Assembly: GCA_020441855.1 (NCBI GenBank)
Contig: JAGRLL010000005.1
Location: 13,125-77,124, forward strand
Direction of reading: 5' to 3'
From: Nitratireductor sp.
Lineage (GTDB): Bacteria; Pseudomonadota; Alphaproteobacteria; Rhizobiales; Rhizobiaceae
Length of the DNA stretch: 64,000 nucleotides
The position numbers and the translations under genes were made by a program. How positions within the stretch are numbered: the first letter of the stretch is position 1; every line of letters begins with the position of its first letter. This document shows, one piece after another, positions 61,525 through 64,000 of the stretch. The notes below the pieces were generated by a model that made no database searches, was not told the DNA's origin, and worked only from the letters and a program-made list of their open reading frames with translations.

Positions 61525-62513
61525 GCAGTTACGATTGGTGGACTGCCGCAATCGGCATGACCGACGGCAAACGTGAGCTTTCACGCGAGGAGATGTCGAA
61601 ACTCGGCATCCACGAAAACCAGCCGGAATGCGGATATTACCGCGACCGCAGCGGCAAGGCGATTGCGATATTCGAACAGGACGGAGAAATCGTCGCGCTT
61701 GCCGGAGGCATTGCGAGCGATCCCGCCCGTGCTTGGTCATTCGGCTGCAAATTCCCGGTGACCTACGAACAATACTCAGCCGTTGCCGAACGCGGCGAGC
61801 CGTGGCCCGATGAAGCGCCGCCAGTTGCTGCAGGCGACAACCTCTCTGACGACCCTTGCGAGGCCTTGAAGCAGGAACTCGAAGGCGAGCGCGAACTTGC
61901 CGAGCAATTCCTCAAGGACGGAATCACGACCAAGGAACAGGCAGATAAGGCTGCGACCTGGGCGAAGCGCCTCGGCACGCTGTCGAAGAAGGCCGACGAT
62001 CTGCGCAAGGTCGAGAAACAACCGCACATCGACGCCGGTGCGACCGTCGACGCGAAATGGAACCCGATCCGCGACGACGCCAAGGACCTGTCTACCCGCC
62101 TGAAACGCCATCTCGACGCATGGCTGCGCGAGCAGGACCGGCTTGAGCGCGAAAGGCAGGCCAGGGCACGCGAGGAAGCCGAACGCGCCCAGCGTGAGGC
62201 CGAGGAGGCCGCTAGGGCCGCAGCGGCATCAGACGATGCCGAAGCCAAAGCGCGCGCCGAGGAAGCCGCCGAACAGGCGAAACAGGCCGAGCGCGATGCA
62301 GCGGAACGCAACGCACAGGCCGGCAGGACCGGTGCCAAGGTGTCGCTGCGCACGTTCGTATCGGCCGAGATCACGGATTACGACGCGCTTCTCATCGCGC
62401 TCAAGGATCATTCCGAAGTCAAGGAACTGGTCCAGAGCCTTGCCAACCGCGCCGCGAAGTCCGGCGTCGTACTGGCCGGGATGAAGATCGTCGAGGAAAG
62501 GCGGGCAGCGTGA
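61521..62513 (+). CDS. Hypothetical protein with long Ala/Glu/Arg coiled coil
   Basis: 330 aa, two genes upstream of recT (separated by 62513..62746). No motif recognised. Confidence 0.5.
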   Translation: MSSYDWWTAAIGMTDGKRELSREEMSKLGIHENQPECGYYRDRSGKAIAIFEQDGEIVALAGGIASDPARAWSFGCKFPVTYEQYSAVAERGEPWPDEAPPVAAGDNLSDDPCEALKQELEGERELAEQFLKDGITTKEQADKAATWAKRLGTLSKKADDLRKVEKQPHIDAGATVDAKWNPIRDDAKDLSTRLKRHLDAWLREQDRLERERQARAREEAERAQREAEEAARAAAASDDAEAKARAEEAAEQAKQAERDAAERNAQAGRTGAKVSLRTFVSAEITDYDALLIALKDHSEVKELVQSLANRAAKSGVVLAGMKIVEERRAA

Positions 62514-62746
62514 TGGACGCGAGACAATTCCACAACGCCCTGCGGATCATGGCCAGCATGGGCGAAAACGAACTGCGGGCGGCTGGCGTCATCGATGGGA
62601 ATTGGGGCGAATTCGAAGCTTCGAACCGCGACCAACTCGGCGATTTTTTCGCGAACCCGTGGGGCGAGGCGATCCGCATGCCTGACGCCAACTTCAAACG
62701 GCTCTTTGACTACATTGAGGCCAAGAACGCGAGGGCATTCACATGA
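62513..62746 (+). CDS. Small hypothetical protein
   Basis: Overlaps the upstream stop. A GTG at 62510 is the alternative start. Confidence 0.45.
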   Translation: MDARQFHNALRIMASMGENELRAAGVIDGNWGEFEASNRDQLGDFFANPWGEAIRMPDANFKRLFDYIEAKNARAFT

Positions 62747-63834
62747 ACGCACACGCCGAAGCCCGCAACCTTCCTGCCACGCTCGCCGTTGGCGGTCAGG
62801 TCGCGGCAATCATCCCGCAATCCGTCGAGGAGATGTGGCGCGTCGCCCAGATGGTGGTGCGCGCCAACATGGCCCCGACGTCCCTCACCGGCTACCCACC
62901 GAAGAACAACGCCCCTGCCGATGAATGGGACCAGTGGAACAACAAGGCGTTCAGCGCGGTCAGTGCAGTGATGATGTCGGGTGCCGAACTTGGCTTGCCG
63001 CCCATGGTTTCGCTGCGCTCCTTCACGATGATTGGCAACCGCCCTGCGCTGTATGGCGACGGGCTGATCAATGTGGTCCGCCGGTCGAAGCGCTCCGAGT
63101 ACGTCTCGACCGGCTACGATGTCGAACGCGGTGTTGGGTGGTGCAAAGCCAAGCGTTCGGATACCGGCGAGGAGAAGACTGTCGAATTCTCGATCGATGA
63201 CGCGAAACGTGCCGGTCTTTGGGACGACAGCCCGACACGTCGCGGCAAGGTCTGGGAAAACGGCCAGCAGGTCTGGAAGGACAACGTTCCGAACGACTCG
63301 CCGTGGTTTCGCTATCCCCAGCGCATGCTGGCGTGGCGCGCGGCGGGCTACTGTCTCCGTGAACTGTTCGCCGATGTCCTTGGCGGGATCACGGACGAAT
63401 TCGAGGCCCGCGAGATCGCGAGGCTTGACCCGCCGCGCGAGGAAATCCGCGACGTCACGCCAAAGCTCGCCCTCAAGGCCCCGCCGCCGCCAGGACATAC
63501 CCCGATGGCGGTGGCCGATGAAGCAAAGCCTGCGCAAGCCGAACCGCGAGGCATCGACCCGATACCGGACAACGGTTTCGATGCCGACATGGAAGATGTC
63601 AGGGACGGCGATGGCGAGGACTATGTCGAGCCGGAAGTAGGGTTGGCTGACGAGATCATCGAAAAGGCCGATTCCGAATTCCGTGCCATCACCGATCCGG
63701 CGGAACTCGAGGAAGCCTGGGCGAACTACGAACACCACCTCGAACAGTTCGCACCGGAAGACGCCAAGCGGTTGAAGAACGCCTATGGCGACCGCCTGCA
63801 GGAACTCGAACCGAACCCGCTTGGGGGAGGATAA
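62743..63834 (+). CDS. recT: RecT-family single-strand annealing protein
   Basis: GAELGLPPMVSLRSFTMIGNRPALYGDGLINVVRRS ... WFRYPQRMLAWRAAGYCLRELF matches the RecT pattern. Confidence 0.7.
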   Translation: MNAHAEARNLPATLAVGGQVAAIIPQSVEEMWRVAQMVVRANMAPTSLTGYPPKNNAPADEWDQWNNKAFSAVSAVMMSGAELGLPPMVSLRSFTMIGNRPALYGDGLINVVRRSKRSEYVSTGYDVERGVGWCKAKRSDTGEEKTVEFSIDDAKRAGLWDDSPTRRGKVWENGQQVWKDNVPNDSPWFRYPQRMLAWRAAGYCLRELFADVLGGITDEFEAREIARLDPPREEIRDVTPKLALKAPPPPGHTPMAVADEAKPAQAEPRGIDPIPDNGFDADMEDVRDGDGEDYVEPEVGLADEIIEKADSEFRAITDPAELEEAWANYEHHLEQFAPEDAKRLKNAYGDRLQELEPNPLGGG

Positions 63835-63838
63835 GGCG

Positions 63839-64000
63839 ATGAAATCCGATCTCGTCGACATCAACTGCCGCGTCGTCTCCGACGATCCGTCGAAGAAGGC
63901 GATCGCCATCGCCGATGGCACCGAGGAAGACGATCCGCGACATGAGGGACGAAAGCGCGAGAAATGGTTCTGGTTACCGCGCTCACAGGTCGAAGCTATC
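63839..64000 (+). CDS. Hypothetical protein, 3' end beyond the window
   Basis: GGGGGAGG SD, ATG 63839, frame open to the window end (MKSDLVDINCRVV..). Confidence 0.4.
   Translation, partial: MKSDLVDINCRVVSDDPSKKAIAIADGTEEDDPRHEGRKREKWFWLPRSQVEAI

Larger units (their letters stand above)
11900..64000. mobile_element. Prophage, probably short-tailed; right end lies beyond the window and the left boundary is uncertain (11.8-15.5 kb)
   Basis: Contiguous lysis, fibre, virion, terminase, replication, immunity and recombination modules with many 1-4 nt gene overlaps. No integrase or att repeat is visible. Confidence 0.85.

Noticed and set aside
62710-63921. 403-aa minus-strand ORF
   Set aside because: It is antisense to the RecT gene and to neighbouring coupled plus-strand genes, and no motifs were recognised.

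Overview
High-GC (roughly 60%) DNA that looks alphaproteobacterial (Rhizobiales-like). Bases 1 to about 11.8 kb are chromosomal or island DNA. They hold a glycan locus with four GT2-type glycosyltransferases and four sulfotransferase-like genes (1-8458), then tRNA-Cys(GCA), an AlkB-type alkane hydroxylase, a second membrane di-iron desaturase, a small secreted protein and tRNA-Leu(UAA). From about 11.9 kb to the window end, and beyond it, lies one large prophage. It has no tape-measure, sheath or tube genes, so it is probably short-tailed. From left to right it contains: a plus-strand cargo operon built around an RtcB RNA ligase; a lysis cassette (esterase-like hydrolase, TIGR02594-type endolysin, holin, overlapped spanins); tail fibres with collagen-like repeats; a 3524-aa polyvalent protein; the virion module (GNAT, tail collar, capsid, scaffold, portal, TerL); a three-gene islet between terS and terL that includes a DUF2829/Tad2-like candidate signal sponge; a replication/modification module (DnaA-domain-IV-like HTH, degraded C5-MTase, DUF1376, amino-MTase, GapR/DUF2312-like protein with an acidic tail, DnaN clamp); a CI/Cro-type switch with four CGTAC-N5-GTACG operators; and an early-left operon (pentapeptide-repeat protein, 43-aa micro-ORF, RecT). 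The polyvalent protein combines a ParB-like nuclease, an N6-adenine MTase, a Strawberry-notch/SNF2-like helicase, a RadC/JAB-like motif and a C-terminal membrane module, which resembles phage P1 DarB. No integrase, rRNA or CRISPR array is in the window. All functional calls rest on motifs read by eye and on synteny; no database search was run.
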